A stretch of DNA of 64,000 bases from Eledone cirrhosa (GCA_964016885.1 OZ024740.1:224812001-224876000); one strand, 5' to 3'. Shown: positions 36,956 to 49,964, counted from the stretch's first letter. The notes: a model not told the origin generated them from the letters alone. Program-made: numbers and translations.

Positions 36956-39714
36956 TACTGCATGAAACCACATTAGCAAACACTCTTGAATCGAAGAAAA
37001 CAGCACTTTCACTACATCACATTAAATGTTATAGTTTTTACTTTAGCTTACTCTAAATGTCCACAACAATCTGTTCAATAGTAAAGATACTATAACTATT
37101 TGAATTAACAAACCAATTACTAACATATTTTCTACTAAATAAATACAGGGTATTAAGAATTAAAGGTGAAGTTGACCTTGGTAGAATCTGAATTCAGTGC
37201 ACACAGAGCATTTAGTCTGCTACTGTAATATCGCCACCAATTTACCACCTTCATGAATAACACAGCAATTCAAGAATGAATTTGAATTCAGGTGAGTTTT
37301 GCAAGTGGTTATAAACAAATTACACAATAATATAAATGAGAAAGAAAATCAAAAATCGATTCAATATTCAAAATCTGTTGCTGAACAATATCTAGAACAC
37401 AATAATAACCACCTACCTAAGAAGTATGAAATAAATGGAAATAGCTATAGAAAAAAAAGATAAATAGAACAACAAAAAAAAAGAGATTTTTCAATGACAA
37501 CATTTATTGACTGTTGAGTTGCATAACCCTTGAATACTAATACAGAGGTCAAGAGTTCAAATCATTCATTCTTAGTCATTTCTGTTTAAAATGAAGATAC
37601 AAAGTTATTGCAGATCACCTTATATCTAAGGGTCAAAGATTGAATTTTATTTTTTCAAGTTTCTTGGAATTTTCTTTCAAGGATGAAAGATCATTTTTTT
37701 AATAATAAAAAAAAAATGTATAAATATGTTATTAATTTATTATGCTGAGGTCCTCCATCACTTGAGATGATGAGCATTCAGTTATTCAGTCAAATGGGTA
37801 TCTGACCCATGATTTAAGATGTAAATATTTCAAAATTTCACTGAACCATGTACCCTTCATCCTTTCAATTCCAACTTGACCAAAACTGCATCAGATTTTA
37901 TAAATCAAAACAACCTATTTAAAGGGTTCTTATCTAAATTAAAGGTAGGTGCCTTCTTGGTTAGAGAATTGGATTCAAAATTGTGAGGTTGCTAGTTTGA
38001 TTCTGGGACATTTTATTTCATGCTGCTCCTTCTGCCAGGCATTGTTACTGTCAGCAATGGAAAAATCAATAGAAACATTGTTTCCTTGATCAGTTCGACA
38101 CCACTCTGTAAAGGAATGAAATCTGGGATCTTCTCAATTGATTCCTTTATTTTTATCTAAATCAAAACCTACCAACATAATTATATATCAAATCTCATGT
38201 TAATAATGAAATAATTAATAATTTTAGTAATTGCTTCCAAATTCTTCATTAATTAATTGAAATGTACTGTATGTCATGAGAAAGTGTTGGTCACAAAAGA
38301 GCTAACATATTTCTCGTCAAAACCAGTGTGACAGAATGTGTTACAAATCTGGACTTCTGGATTAGGCTTACAGTCCTTCTGATGGGCATCCATCTAGTTT
38401 CCATCTACTAAAATTCCTAAATTAATTTTTTTTTTTAAATGGAACAAGGGTTGACATAAATCTGTGGCAAAGACACTTACTTAAGATGACATACTGTGCG
38501 ATCAAACCTGTGAAATTATGATTGTCAAGCAAACATCTTAACCATTAAGCCAAGTCTGTAACCACATTGATTTGACATCTAGATTAATGTAAATATTATT
38601 CTTGTGTTACTAAAAAATCATTGGTAATTTTGGATTTCAGACTCTATTATTCTCTATCAATGTGTAAGCTCACAGACTAGGTTAGGAATTGTAAGACTAT
38701 ATCCATCATTAGTATATGTTAGCTATGTTCACACCTGCTGTTTACAGAACTCTGTAGATAAAATTAATTATCAAAACACTTTTAAGAGAAAAAAAAGAAT
38801 TGAAAGTGAAGATCAAAGGAAAATATTCCTACATGCACAAGCGATAGCTTTCAATATGTGAAATATAAGCTAACTTATCAGACTTTAATATGTACCTACA
38901 TTGAAAAAAAGCAGGAAAATTTATTATTATTATCATTATTATTATTGCTTTTACTACTACTACTGCTCCTACTAGTTTTTCTACTACTACTTTACATGTT
39001 AAATTATGTAGGCAGAGGTATGTCTATGCAGTTAAGAGATTTGCTTCACATCCATGTGGCTCTAGGGTTGACCCTACCATATGGCACACTGGGCAGAGTG
39101 TCATCTGCTATAGCCGTGGATTGATAAATACCTTGTGAGTGGAATTTGGTAGACAAAATCTGTGCAGAAGCCCATCATATCATCATCATCATGTTTTTAC
39201 ATCTGTTCTACATGTTGACATGGGATGGGCAGTCATTACTGCTTGAATCAGCTCTTATTCAGAGATATGCATTCCATGACAGGTCAGAAATATATATAAT
39301 CATCAACATTATCACTGTTTAACAACCTTTTTTCCATGTTAACATGGGTTAGATAAATTGTCACGTTGTGAGGCAAGTCAGATCAGATGAATGTGTTGCT
39401 CACACACAACCATTTCTTGTTTGATTTCTATAGCTGGATGCCTTTTCTAATGGCAACCACATTTACAGTGTCTTTTATCATGGGACCAAAATGACCACTT
39501 TAAAATGTGTACTGGAAAAATGTGTAAAATGTGTACTGGAAAATTTTACTGTGACACCAACATGAACACTTTACAGCGTGGGCCGGGTGCTTTTTTTTGT
39601 GGCACCAAAACAATAACTTTACAGTGTTGATCCCTATACAGTTTTGTATATATACATATGGGGTGGAGAGAGCTCCTGAGTCCAGTAAGACAACCTCTCT
39701 AGAGCTCATGGCAT

Positions 39715-42700
39715 GAATAAAAGCACCCAGTCGATGCTGTAAAGTAGTGCTGGTGTTAGGAAGGGCATCCAACCAGTGTATTAATGCCAAAATAATTATG
39801 AGCAGAACAACAAATATATATCGCAACAACTGCTTGAACAGCTTTAACACTGACCATGTTAGGGCTGTGCACGGTAGTGGGGTGGCTAGTGCGACCATGA
39901 TCGAGAACCCCCCAACCGTCATCAAGCAATCACACAACATGAAGATGGTTATAAACCATTTTTCTTTGCAGAAAAGGAAGAAACTTCAATGAAAGACATC
40001 GCATCTCAGGGTTGCCACACTTAATGTTGGCACCCTGACAGGTAGATCTGGTAAGATAGTGGAGAGGCTAGAGAGAAGGCATGTGGATATGTGCTGCATG
40101 GAAGAGGTGAGATGGAGAGGTGCCCCAGCAAGACTAATCGCAGGCAAACATCTTAGCTATAAGCCTTTCTGGGTAGGTAATGATGATGGGTTAGGTGGGG
40201 TAGGCATTTTACTGGCTGAGAGGTGGATCAATAGGACAATAGTGGTAGTAAGAGTCAGTAACAGAATGATTAAGATTAGATTAGTTGTAGGCAAGAGATT
40301 GCTGACAATTATCTCTACTTATGCTCGCCAGGCGGGCCTAGGTAAAGAAGAGAAGGGTTGCTTTTATGAGCAACTTCTAGAAACAACCACAATGAGAGGA
40401 CAGAGACCTAGTTATACTAGCAGAGGGCTTCAATGGTCATGTTGGACTGCTCCAGGATGGATACACTGGGGTACATAGTTGTCATGGTTATGCCTCAAGA
40501 AACGAAGAAGGAGTGAGACCTTTTTGATTTTGGGGATGCAGGTGAAATAACCATTTGCAACACTAACTTGAAGAAGCCTACCAACCACCTAATAATCTAC
40601 CAATCAGGCGAGCACAAAAGCCAGATTGACTTCTTGCTAGTTAGGCAACAAGACAGATAGATGGTGTCAAATACTAAGGCATACCCCGAGGAAGAATGTA
40701 CTCCTCAGCATAGTTTAGTCGTTAGTGACAGCTCAATAAGCAAGAGAAAAATGAGATACAGGAAGGAGTGGAAAAGGATGGTCTGGAAGCTAAAAGATCT
40801 TTCACTAAAATATAAATTTCAGAAAGCCCTTCAAGGTGTGTATGATGAAAAAGTAAACAAGTTAGAATCGTATGACATAGATGCTAACTGGAATTTCTTA
40901 TGTGACAACTTACTGCAGGCTACTGAAGGAACTTGTGGCTGGAGCAGAGCATGACTAGCATGAAAGGCTTGGGAATATGGTCGGAGTAGAGACCAATACA
41001 CATCCACTAAAAGAGAAGCTAGACTTCAGGTGTACTTAGCACTCAGGCAAGCTGAGAGTAGGAGGTTTGCCAATGTTCTGTGATAAGAAGATCAGAGATG
41101 TGCGGTGTTCTGCATTGCAAGGCAGTTTGTCAGTGTAAATCAGGATGTTGTTGGAGATAAGTGTGTCCAAAATAATGCGGGTGTACTTAGTGTCACTGAT
41201 GCTCAGAAAAAAGAGGCCTGGAAATGTCATTATGAGAGACTGATGAATGTTGAGGATGAATGGAAGAAAAAAGAAAGAGAAACTACCTCCAATAGACCCA
41301 ACAGAGGGGCCAGCTATTGAGATTGATGACTATAGAGTCAAAGAGGCAATTAAGGAAATGAAAAGAGATAAGGCCGCTGGACTGTTGGGTATAGTCGCTG
41401 AGATGCTGAAGGCATCAGAAGTAGGAACTTAACTGGTTGCACGCATCGTCAACCAAGCTATATATGGTGGAGTCATACCCAAAGACTGGTGCAGCAGTAT
41501 TCTTATAATTGCTGCAAAGGTAAAGGGGATGCTCTGGAGAGGAGCAATTATAGGGGCATAAAACTGATGGATCAGGTTATGAAAGTGGCAGAAAGAATAC
41601 TAACACAACTAATTAGAGAAAGGGTCAAATTAGATGAGATGCAGTTTGGTTTTGTGCTTGGGAAAAGTACAACAGATGCCCTCTTCTAAGAGAGGTCCTT
41701 AGAGAATAATATACTTTGCTTTAGTTGACCTAGAGAAGGCTTTCAATAGAGTAGCCCAATCTGTCACCTGGTGGTCCCTAAGGAATCTACGTGTAGAGGA
41801 ATGGCTTGTGAAGACAGTGCAAGCTATGTACAAGGGTGCTGTCAGTAAAGTGAGAGTAGGAATGGATTTTAGTGAGGAATTCCAGATACAAGTAGGAGTA
41901 CATCAGAGTTCAGTCCTCAGCCCGCTCTTGTTCATTATAGTCCTCCAAGCAATAACAAAGGAGTTTAAGAAAGGCTGTCCATGGGAACTTCTTTATGCTG
42001 ACCATCTGGTATACCTATAGCAGAATCAGTAGAGGAGCTAGAGAATAAATTCTGGCTATGGAAACAGCAGTTGGAATCAAGAGAACTGAGAGTGAATCTA
42101 GCTAATACTAAAGTGTTGATAAGAAGGAAAGAGGACAACACTCTGATTCCATCAGGGAAATGGCCATGTTCGATATGTAGGAAAGGAGTTGGCATACATT
42201 CTATAAAATGTACACAATGCAGTTCTTGGGTACACAAGTGATGTAGTGGGATAGCAGGCAAACTAACAGGTAGGGAAAACTACATATGCAGTAGATGTTC
42301 AGGGAAATTTGACAGTAGAATACGCAGTGATAGGCACATTTTTCAAATACAGGTAAGATCTATAGAAGTGGTTGATAGCTTCCAATACCCAGGTGATCAA
42401 ATTAGTAAGGGAAGAGGGTGCTCTGATGCCATAGTATCTAGAATAAGGACAAGTTGGAAGAAGTTTAGGCAGCTTCTTCCTCTGTTGACAAAGAAGGGTT
42501 TCTCCCTACAAACAAAAGACCGGTTATTTGATGCCTGTGTGAGATGCGTGATGCTGCAAGGTAGTGGGCATCAACTGTGAAGGATATACGACAGCTGGCG
42601 AGAAATCAAGCAAGCATGCTCCATTGGATGTGCAATGTCAATGTGCATGAAATCCCAGTAGAGGGAAGACACAGTTGAGGAAGACAATGAAAAATATGGG

Positions 42701-42851
42701 CGGACGGGGTGAGAGCAAACCTCAGATCGCTGAAGTTCATGGAGGAGATGACACGGGACCATGACGAATGGAAAGAAGCCATGCTGAATAGGACCCATCC
42801 CACCCTTGCAAGCAGGGAAAACTGGACGTAAAATGATGTTGATGATAATGA
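39715..42851 (+). mobile_element. Near full-length decayed RTE LINE (APE-RT-PHD-like finger); original ATG probably 39798
   Basis: LRVATLNVGTLTGRS, EEVRWRG, QIDF, PQHSLVVSD, NYRGIKLMD, DLEKAF, GVHQSSVLSPLLF, LLYADH; several stops and frameshifts; (GAT)n tail. Confidence 0.92.
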
Positions 42852-44282
42852 CATATATATATGACAAAGTTCAGTGATTAATGAATTCATTAATTGACAA
42901 TTGTTTCAGAGGGAAATAAACAGAATGTTTCCAGTATATTGACTAATTGATAACAGTTGTATAATTCCATAATATTAGCCTCAACTAAATGCATCCATTC
43001 TGCTGTCCATCCTCAAAAATAGGCTGTGTTGTCAAATGGAATGGGTATGTTTTAGAGAGTATATAACGAATATAAGGAAGGAGTGTTGATAAAGAAAAAA
43101 AAGAAAGAAAATGCTATGGGGTGGGGACAAAGGAAAGTGGAAAAGAAAAAAATGAGGGGAAAAAGAGAAAAAAAAGAAACAGGGTAAGAAGTGGGAAAAG
43201 ATTGTAAAAATCTAGAATAAATGCTTAAGATAGTGCTGATGAATGACAGCACAGAAGCACTAACTATCTGCCAGTCATCCATCAACTTCTGAAGGTTAGA
43301 ACAGACAACAATATGTAACTAAAGGTCTAACACCTATTACTGTAACCTAGCTAGACAAACAAAACTGTCCAGTATTTATAATTAATATACTTTTTTCTTT
43401 GTGCAAGAATTTCGATAGCCTATAAAATTTTGAATGAATAACATTCATTTTTAGCCTCACCATATTGTTACTAGGATGTTTCTCTCGAAAACCATACATT
43501 TAAATATAAAGGAATAAAAAGCCTTAGCTGCCAAAGAAAACTTTTATTGTGGCCACTTGACACTAGACTCACCCTAACTGGGCAAATTAATTACAATAAT
43601 TGCATGTGAGTGAAATGAGAGAAATAAAAAGACATTAGGTGTTTTGTATTTGTGCATAATGTGTGCATATTGTGTATGAGAGAGGTTTGGGTGGTTGCTG
43701 TGTATAGTGGTGGGGATGGTGGTGGTTTGTTGTGTGTGGTGGGTCAGATTTTATGTTATTACAGTTACTTCTGAGACACTAACTAAACTGAGATATTAGA
43801 GAACTATCATCAAAATTCTACTACTGATTTAAATGTTATATGATTTAAAGGCACTGAAAAAATATTTCTATTTTTGTAAAAATATTCTAATGAAATTTCT
43901 GGAAAGTTTTAATTCATTTTTGTTAATTTTATTTCTAGTGAAATTCTCATTAGAATTGTTGAACTTGGAAAGAATATAAAATGACTGAAAATATCTGCTG
44001 AATTTGGTAAAAGTTATTTAAACAAAAAAGTAAAAAGAAAACTAATAAAAATTAAATAAAGCACTTTCGTGAAATACTAATGACTGAATGCCATCTTAAA
44101 AGATTAGTTTTCATTTTCTTTTTGTAGGAAATATAAATGAGCAGAATAATGAGGAAATTCTTCATGTGTAATGGACAGAAATAATTAAAATAACTACAAT
44201 TTATGCAGAGTACATAGTCTTCAAAAGTAGTATTATTACTCAAATACTGCTTTTGCTAACTGAGGCTGAAAGTTTTGAAAAT

Positions 44283-44409
44283 TCTATCTATTTATCTGAC
44301 TATCTGTCTGTGTCCCTCTGTCTTTCTGTCTCTCTATATATCTATTACTTACTTACATACCTAGCTACCTACTTGCCTATCTATCTGTCTATCTATATGT
44401 CTATATGTC
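44283..44409. repeat. Complex (CTAT/CTGT)n microsatellite ending in the 20-bp Tx1 target tatctatatgtctatatgtc (44390-44409)
   Basis: The same 20-mer recurs at 49945-49964 and 50472-50491. Confidence 0.9.
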
Positions 44410-44484
44410 AGCTCATACTCACAGCTTCCCCCTGCCACTGTCACAGCAGCAGATGCCAAAGGCAGAGGTCAGAGAGAGGAAGAA

Positions 44485-46218
44485 TTGTCTTCACCTGTTG
44501 ACCGACCACTAGATGTAGCCACAACTACACAAGAATTTGAAAACAACAACAACAGCAACAACAACGACAACAACAGCAACAATAAAGACAACAAAAACAA
44601 CAACAACACAAACGTCACAAGTATCCACACACGAAACGAGAAAGACAACAACAACAACAAAGATGAAAACAACTCAAACGACGAGAAACAAAACAATACT
44701 AATATCCAAAACGAAAACAAAATATCTTTTGCACAAACGGCTAAATTATCAGTCGCGTATGTGCTGGAAGATATTTCAAAAGCAAAAGAAATGCTGGAAA
44801 AAGCCAAGAAATATGTGTCTTTTGGCGAAAACGGTTCGTTTTCTATACATTCACCTCCGGAGCTAAAAAGACAGACGGAATTACGAACTGTCGTATTCCG
44901 AACAATTTTAAATAAAACAAAGAAACCAGCGCAACCATCTCAAGCGGAAACTCAGTTAGTCTTGAAAGACGCGATGAGAGACATCACTTTCATACAAAAG
45001 GATAAACTCTATGGGAGTTTATCCATATTGATGAAAGACGAATTGGCGGCAAAAAAATACTCTGTGTCGCCAATTCGGTCCACACACTACACCTTCTTCC
45101 CCACCTACATGGGTAAAAAAACCCAGAGGATATGGATAACCACCATCACCCCAAACATAAACTACTGGTGGTTACTAACCGGTTTCCTCAATTTAGACGA
45201 GGACAACCTCATCTCAATAGGGAAGGCATCCGGCGACGCGTTCAGTGGAACGAGCCTCGAAGTTCTGACCCAAATAAGGCCAGAACGCATCGCCCAAATC
45301 CCTGAGCGCGTCATGCTGGATGACCGTACCCACCTCAACATTATTGTGGAGGGTAGGCGTCCCTCCTGTTACCTCTGTGGCAATAGAGGTCACCTGAGGG
45401 CTGCCTGTCCCCAGCTCACACAGAAAAAAACACTGCTACCAACACCAACACCACCCCAACTACAACAACAAAAACAACCACAACAACAACAAAAACCAAC
45501 AACCCCACCACCACCACCACAACAACAACAACAACAAACACGTGAAAAAATAACACAGAATACTGTCCCACCCAATCCCTCCCCACCCAAAACAAATATA
45601 AAAACACGCACACCGCAAACACTACCAGAAAACATACCCCTCCCACCCAACAAGGAAGACGAACCTCTTTCGTCGCAAGACGAAAAAGATCCCTTCCAAC
45701 AAGTAAAAAGAAAGAAGAGGAGACGCACCACAGACACACATGTTAACTTTAATCCCCCCCAAGAGAACACAAACTACACACAAACCACCCCTCCCTGTCA
45801 CACAACACTAACTGCTACACAAAAAAAGACATTACAATACACATACATGAACACAGACAACAAAGAATTACGGAAAACAATTTCAGCAAACCCTTCGGTC
45901 CAAACTGAAGGGCCAAACTTTATAACTGCTGTGGGACTACCTCATTTGAAAATGATAAAAGTCCCAGTGCACTTGTACAAAACACTGAAAATAAATTTCA
46001 CGGAGGACGTGGGCCCCCCCTGCGCCAAACCAATCAACCGCGTCCTCCTAAAAAATTTCACCCCCCCACCCCACCCAGACACCCACTCAACGACAAACAC
46101 CCCAACCCCACAACACACCGATGCCCCTTCACTTCCACAAACCACAACCCCACCCAACAACCCATCCCCAACCAGCATGGAAATTGAGCGGCCCGTTTCC
46201 CGGGACGCAGAGAGGTAA
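44485..46218 (+). CDS. Tx1 ORF1 (gag-like, CCHC zinc knuckle, Asn- and Gln/Pro-rich); start codon uncertain
   Basis: CYLCGNRGHLRAAC knuckle and FQQVKRKKRRR basic motif; first in-frame ATG only at 44791. Confidence 0.85.
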   Translation: MSSPVDRPLDVATTTQEFENNNNSNNNDNNSNNKDNKNNNNTNVTSIHTRNEKDNNNNKDENNSNDEKQNNTNIQNENKISFAQTAKLSVAYVLEDISKAKEMLEKAKKYVSFGENGSFSIHSPPELKRQTELRTVVFRTILNKTKKPAQPSQAETQLVLKDAMRDITFIQKDKLYGSLSILMKDELAAKKYSVSPIRSTHYTFFPTYMGKKTQRIWITTITPNINYWWLLTGFLNLDEDNLISIGKASGDAFSGTSLEVLTQIRPERIAQIPERVMLDDRTHLNIIVEGRRPSCYLCGNRGHLRAACPQLTQKKTLLPTPTPPQLQQQKQPQQQQKPTTPPPPPQQQQQQTREKITQNTVPPNPSPPKTNIKTRTPQTLPENIPLPPNKEDEPLSSQDEKDPFQQVKRKKRRRTTDTHVNFNPPQENTNYTQTTPPCHTTLTATQKKTLQYTYMNTDNKELRKTISANPSVQTEGPNFITAVGLPHLKMIKVPVHLYKTLKINFTEDVGPPCAKPINRVLLKNFTPPPHPDTHSTTNTPTPQHTDAPSLPQTTTPPNNPSPTSMEIERPVSRDAER

Positions 46219-46242
46219 GTGCCTTTTCTCTTTACCACCAAC

Positions 46243-49200
46243 ATGGCTGTGCTAAGAGTAGGGTGTCTAAATGCGCGTGGTCTGGGCTCGTCTTGGAAGC
46301 AAGCAATGCTTCTAAATGACCTCAGGTCACAATCTATAAATGTGATGGTTATCTGCGAGGCCCGGATCAGCAGCATGCGACAGCTAGCCCCCACCTTTGA
46401 CGACTTTGAGATGCACGCATCTCTCTGTCAGCCCGGAGGTGGGGGTGGGGTTGTTGTTCTGCTGCAAAAACATATGGGCCTTGCAACACAGATAGTTCAC
46501 TTGGACCCAGGGGGTCGACTGGTGGTGCTGGACCTTGGCAGTGGTGAAGGTAGAGCCTTTAGGCTGATAGCCGCATATGCCCCTTTTGGGACAGAGCGGC
46601 CCGACTTTTTCCAGCGTCTGGAGTCTTTTCTAGGGACGTCCCGTTCCCTGCTTTTAGTGGGGGATTGGAATGGTATCCTGGATGCACGTTGGGACTATGC
46701 AGGGGCATGTCCCGATAGAGAGGGGTGCAACAGCCTCAAGGGGTTACTCGGCCGATTTGACCTGGCCGATAGATTTCGACTAGATTTTCCGACGGTGCCA
46801 ACCTGGTCTTGGTCAAATCGCAGCGGATCATCTAGATCGTACCTAGATAGATTTTTAGCTAGAAATAAGGACAGGGACTTTTTAAGTTGTCCAGAAATGC
46901 TCATGGTTGGCTATTCAGACCACAAGTTGGTGACCTGCATGGTCAACCTTGATAGAACGCATAGACAGGGCCCCAGTTACTGGAAGCTCAACTTGTCCTT
47001 GCCGGCAAGTAGAGCCTACAGGAATCGGATTAGTACGTTAGTTAAGGAACGGTTGACTGGAGCGATCGTCAACAGCAGGTGGTGGGTATCTCTAAAGAGA
47101 GAGATTAGAGTAGTCTCGATTGAATTTAGTAAGGTTCTAGCTGCGGATAGGAATAGGAAGGAAAGGGAGCTAATAGATAGAGTAGAAGAGGCAATTAGAA
47201 GCGGCGACGTGGCCAGAGTGCTAGCGTCGAGAACGGCTTTGAGCCAGTTTTTCGACGCGAAGCACGAAGGCTGCGTTGTCCGAAGTAAAATACGTGCTCT
47301 AGGGAACGAGGGGGCCAAAGCTGTTAGCTGGGCCCGCGTGACAGAGGCCAACAGTGGAACTAAATCCACCATCCGGTCTTTGCGAGACCTGGATGGACGG
47401 GCGATTCTTGAGCCTAAGCAGATGTGTGAGGCCTTTCAAAGGCACTTTGCCCGACTGTTCGGGAGGGGCGGGGAGCCGGTTGGGAACGTGGACTTCGGTC
47501 CATACCTCGACGGCCTGCCGCGCCTCTCGGACAGGGAGGCGAAGTCCTGCGAGGAGCCGATTTCGGCCGCTGAGATAGAGGACGTGCTGAGCCAATGCGG
47601 CAAACGCAAATCCCCGGGTCTCGATGGTCTTCCTTACGAATTATATCTAGCTATGCCGGACTTGTTCCCCGATCTCCTCGAGGCGGTCTACTGCAACTGG
47701 CAACAGAACGGGAGAATTCCCTGTACTGTGACCAAGGGCGTAGTCACGCTAGTGAGGAAGGACGAGAACAAGGGGGACGAAATAAGTAACTTCAGGCCCA
47801 TAACTCTGCTAAATACAGAGTTACAGATTTTGGCCAAGGTGCTAGCAAAGAGGTTGGCGCTTGTCGTGGGCAACCTGGTGGGAGATGCGCAGACATGCGC
47901 TATCCCGTCCAGGTCCATCCATGACAACCTCCACCTCATGCGATACATCATAGAGAGGGTTGGGAACGAACCCGGCTTTGGTGGGGCTCTGATCAACTTG
48001 GATCAATCTAAGGCGTTCGATAGGGTCGACCATGGTTACCTGGATGCGGTGCTAGCGGCGGCAGGCTTCGGACCCGTTTTCAGGGGCTGGATCACTGCTA
48101 TGCACAGCAGCCGCATCTGCTCTAGGGTCAAGGTGAACGGCTACCTCTCGGAGCCGTTCAAAATCGCGCGGTCCATCCGACAAGGGTGCCCTCTCTCCTC
48201 CCTTCTGTATGTGTTGACTCTCGAGCCACTACTGCGGAAGTTGGAGTTGTTGCAGGGCATCCCTTTGGAACCGGGATTGCGGAAAGCGGTGTCAGCCTAC
48301 GCCGATGATGTGACAGTAATGGTGTCGACGGCCTCCGAAATCGAGGCGGTCGGCACCTTACTGGAGGAGTACGAAAAGTTCACAGGGGCTAAGCTGAACC
48401 GGGACAAGTCGATCGGTTTGCAACTCGGCACGTGGAGGGGCAGACCGATGCCCTCTGATGGCGTCGTCGGACGCTGGACGGAGGGCCCGGTGAAGTTGCT
48501 CGGGGTCTGGTTCGGACCGGACCTCCAGGTGGAGAAAAACTGGGCGGAGGTTACGAACAGGGTGTTTGCACTGACCCAGAAGTGGGCCAGTTGCAAACTA
48601 TCCCTGAAATGTCGGGCGGAGGTGGCGAACACTTGTATAGCGTCCGTCATCTACTACCGCCTGACCGTAGTGCCCTGCCCAAGGGAAACCCTCACCAAGA
48701 TGGAGCGCGCGCTCTTCCAATTCCTTTGGAAGAGGCGGGCTCCTATGGTGAGGAGATCCATCTGCTGTCAACACCCTTCGAAAGGAGGGCTGGGGATGCC
48801 GTGGCTAATGATGCGTAAACACGCATTAAGGCTACGGCACCTCTACGTATTCCTCACCGGACAACCGGTGTGGGCCTCGTTTGTGAGACGAACCTTTCCC
48901 AGACTCGTCTCACTCACCGAGCTGCAATCCTGGGTCAAGCAAAGACCGAGAAAACTGGGCGCCTGGCACACTGAGTGTGCCCAGGCGCTCACCGCCCTCT
49001 GGCAGGCTGATCCGGTTATCAGTGGAGACTCCACCGCAACATTCTATAGAGGGCTGGTACGCAGCAGGTGCGACGACGCCCTCGGAGAAGCCCTAGACAT
49101 GGAGGAGGACGAACTGGCCAGCCTGTTCGGTAGGACATTCAGCCCGGGACCTATGGACAACTTCCAGAAGTCCCTGGCCTGGCAGTGCTACCGAGGGGCT

Positions 49201-49680
49201 TTACCCGTTCGAGAAAGGCTCTACAGACACGGGCGCCCGGGTAGGGACCCCGCCAAAAAGATCTGTCCCAGATGCATGTGCGACGAGGAAACCGTTGCAC
49301 ACGCATTGGTACACTGCTCGGGTGTAGCCGATCTGTGGGGCTATGTCGAACAACTGCTGTCAAGGGTGGGACCGATCCGGTTGACCACCGAGTCTATTGT
49401 AATGATCAAGCCGCCTCCCCCCTTCAAAGATGAAGCAGAGGCGGTGTTTCTGTGCGTAATAGCCATGGCGAAAGAGGTTGTATGGTGGACGCGTCTGAAA
49501 GGACTGAGGTCAGGCACCTTTCTCTCTGGCCAACAACTGGTCCGTTTCTTCCGATTTCATTTCGGAAGAAGGATCAGGATGGAGAGAGAGGTGCTGCACC
49601 CCAGTCGTTTTTATGAAAGGTGGGTGAAAGTGGCGAGAATGGCCCGTGTGAATGGGCCTTCTCTTTACATAAGCCTGTAG
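46243..49680 (+). CDS. Tx1 ORF2: APE endonuclease + reverse transcriptase + C-terminal zinc finger (1145 aa from ATG 46243)
   Basis: CLNARGL, GDWN, SYLDRF, SDH, YWKLN, KSPGLDGLP, FRPITLLN, DQSKAFDRV, IRQGCPLS, AYADD, CPRC...ETVAHALVHC. Confidence 0.97.
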   Translation: MAVLRVGCLNARGLGSSWKQAMLLNDLRSQSINVMVICEARISSMRQLAPTFDDFEMHASLCQPGGGGGVVVLLQKHMGLATQIVHLDPGGRLVVLDLGSGEGRAFRLIAAYAPFGTERPDFFQRLESFLGTSRSLLLVGDWNGILDARWDYAGACPDREGCNSLKGLLGRFDLADRFRLDFPTVPTWSWSNRSGSSRSYLDRFLARNKDRDFLSCPEMLMVGYSDHKLVTCMVNLDRTHRQGPSYWKLNLSLPASRAYRNRISTLVKERLTGAIVNSRWWVSLKREIRVVSIEFSKVLAADRNRKERELIDRVEEAIRSGDVARVLASRTALSQFFDAKHEGCVVRSKIRALGNEGAKAVSWARVTEANSGTKSTIRSLRDLDGRAILEPKQMCEAFQRHFARLFGRGGEPVGNVDFGPYLDGLPRLSDREAKSCEEPISAAEIEDVLSQCGKRKSPGLDGLPYELYLAMPDLFPDLLEAVYCNWQQNGRIPCTVTKGVVTLVRKDENKGDEISNFRPITLLNTELQILAKVLAKRLALVVGNLVGDAQTCAIPSRSIHDNLHLMRYIIERVGNEPGFGGALINLDQSKAFDRVDHGYLDAVLAAAGFGPVFRGWITAMHSSRICSRVKVNGYLSEPFKIARSIRQGCPLSSLLYVLTLEPLLRKLELLQGIPLEPGLRKAVSAYADDVTVMVSTASEIEAVGTLLEEYEKFTGAKLNRDKSIGLQLGTWRGRPMPSDGVVGRWTEGPVKLLGVWFGPDLQVEKNWAEVTNRVFALTQKWASCKLSLKCRAEVANTCIASVIYYRLTVVPCPRETLTKMERALFQFLWKRRAPMVRRSICCQHPSKGGLGMPWLMMRKHALRLRHLYVFLTGQPVWASFVRRTFPRLVSLTELQSWVKQRPRKLGAWHTECAQALTALWQADPVISGDSTATFYRGLVRSRCDDALGEALDMEEDELASLFGRTFSPGPMDNFQKSLAWQCYRGALPVRERLYRHGRPGRDPAKKICPRCMCDEETVAHALVHCSGVADLWGYVEQLLSRVGPIRLTTESIVMIKPPPPFKDEAEAVFLCVIAMAKEVVWWTRLKGLRSGTFLSGQQLVRFFRFHFGRRIRMEREVLHPSRFYERWVKVARMARVNGPSLYISL

Positions 49681-49964
49681 GTGGAAAAGAGGAAGGAACG
49701 AGGGAGCACCCCCTCTCTGTGCTCCTGAGGAAAAGGGTTGCACACTTTTTTCGGGGGTGTGTGCGACCCCCCAAGGCGCCTCCTCTCTATTGAGGATTTT
49801 GTTAAAAATTTTATTTTTTGTTATATCTTATTTTATTTTTATATTTTGTTATTGCCTCCTCCTTATTGAGGACGCCTTTTTGTGTAAACTCCCCCCTTTG
49901 TACTTGTCCCACTTTTGATGCCCTAGTGGCAAATAAAAGAAACTTATCTATATGTCTATATGTC

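Larger units (their letters stand above)
44410..49944 (+). mobile_element. Tx1/L1-clade LINE, essentially intact, 20-bp TSD
   Basis: ORF1 and ORF2 both open; 3' UTR ends aataaaagaaact; flanked by identical 20-mers. Confidence 0.95.

Noticed and set aside
45390-49774. Numerous antisense and alternative-frame ORFs
   Set aside because: Shadows of the GC-rich Tx1 ORF1 and ORF2
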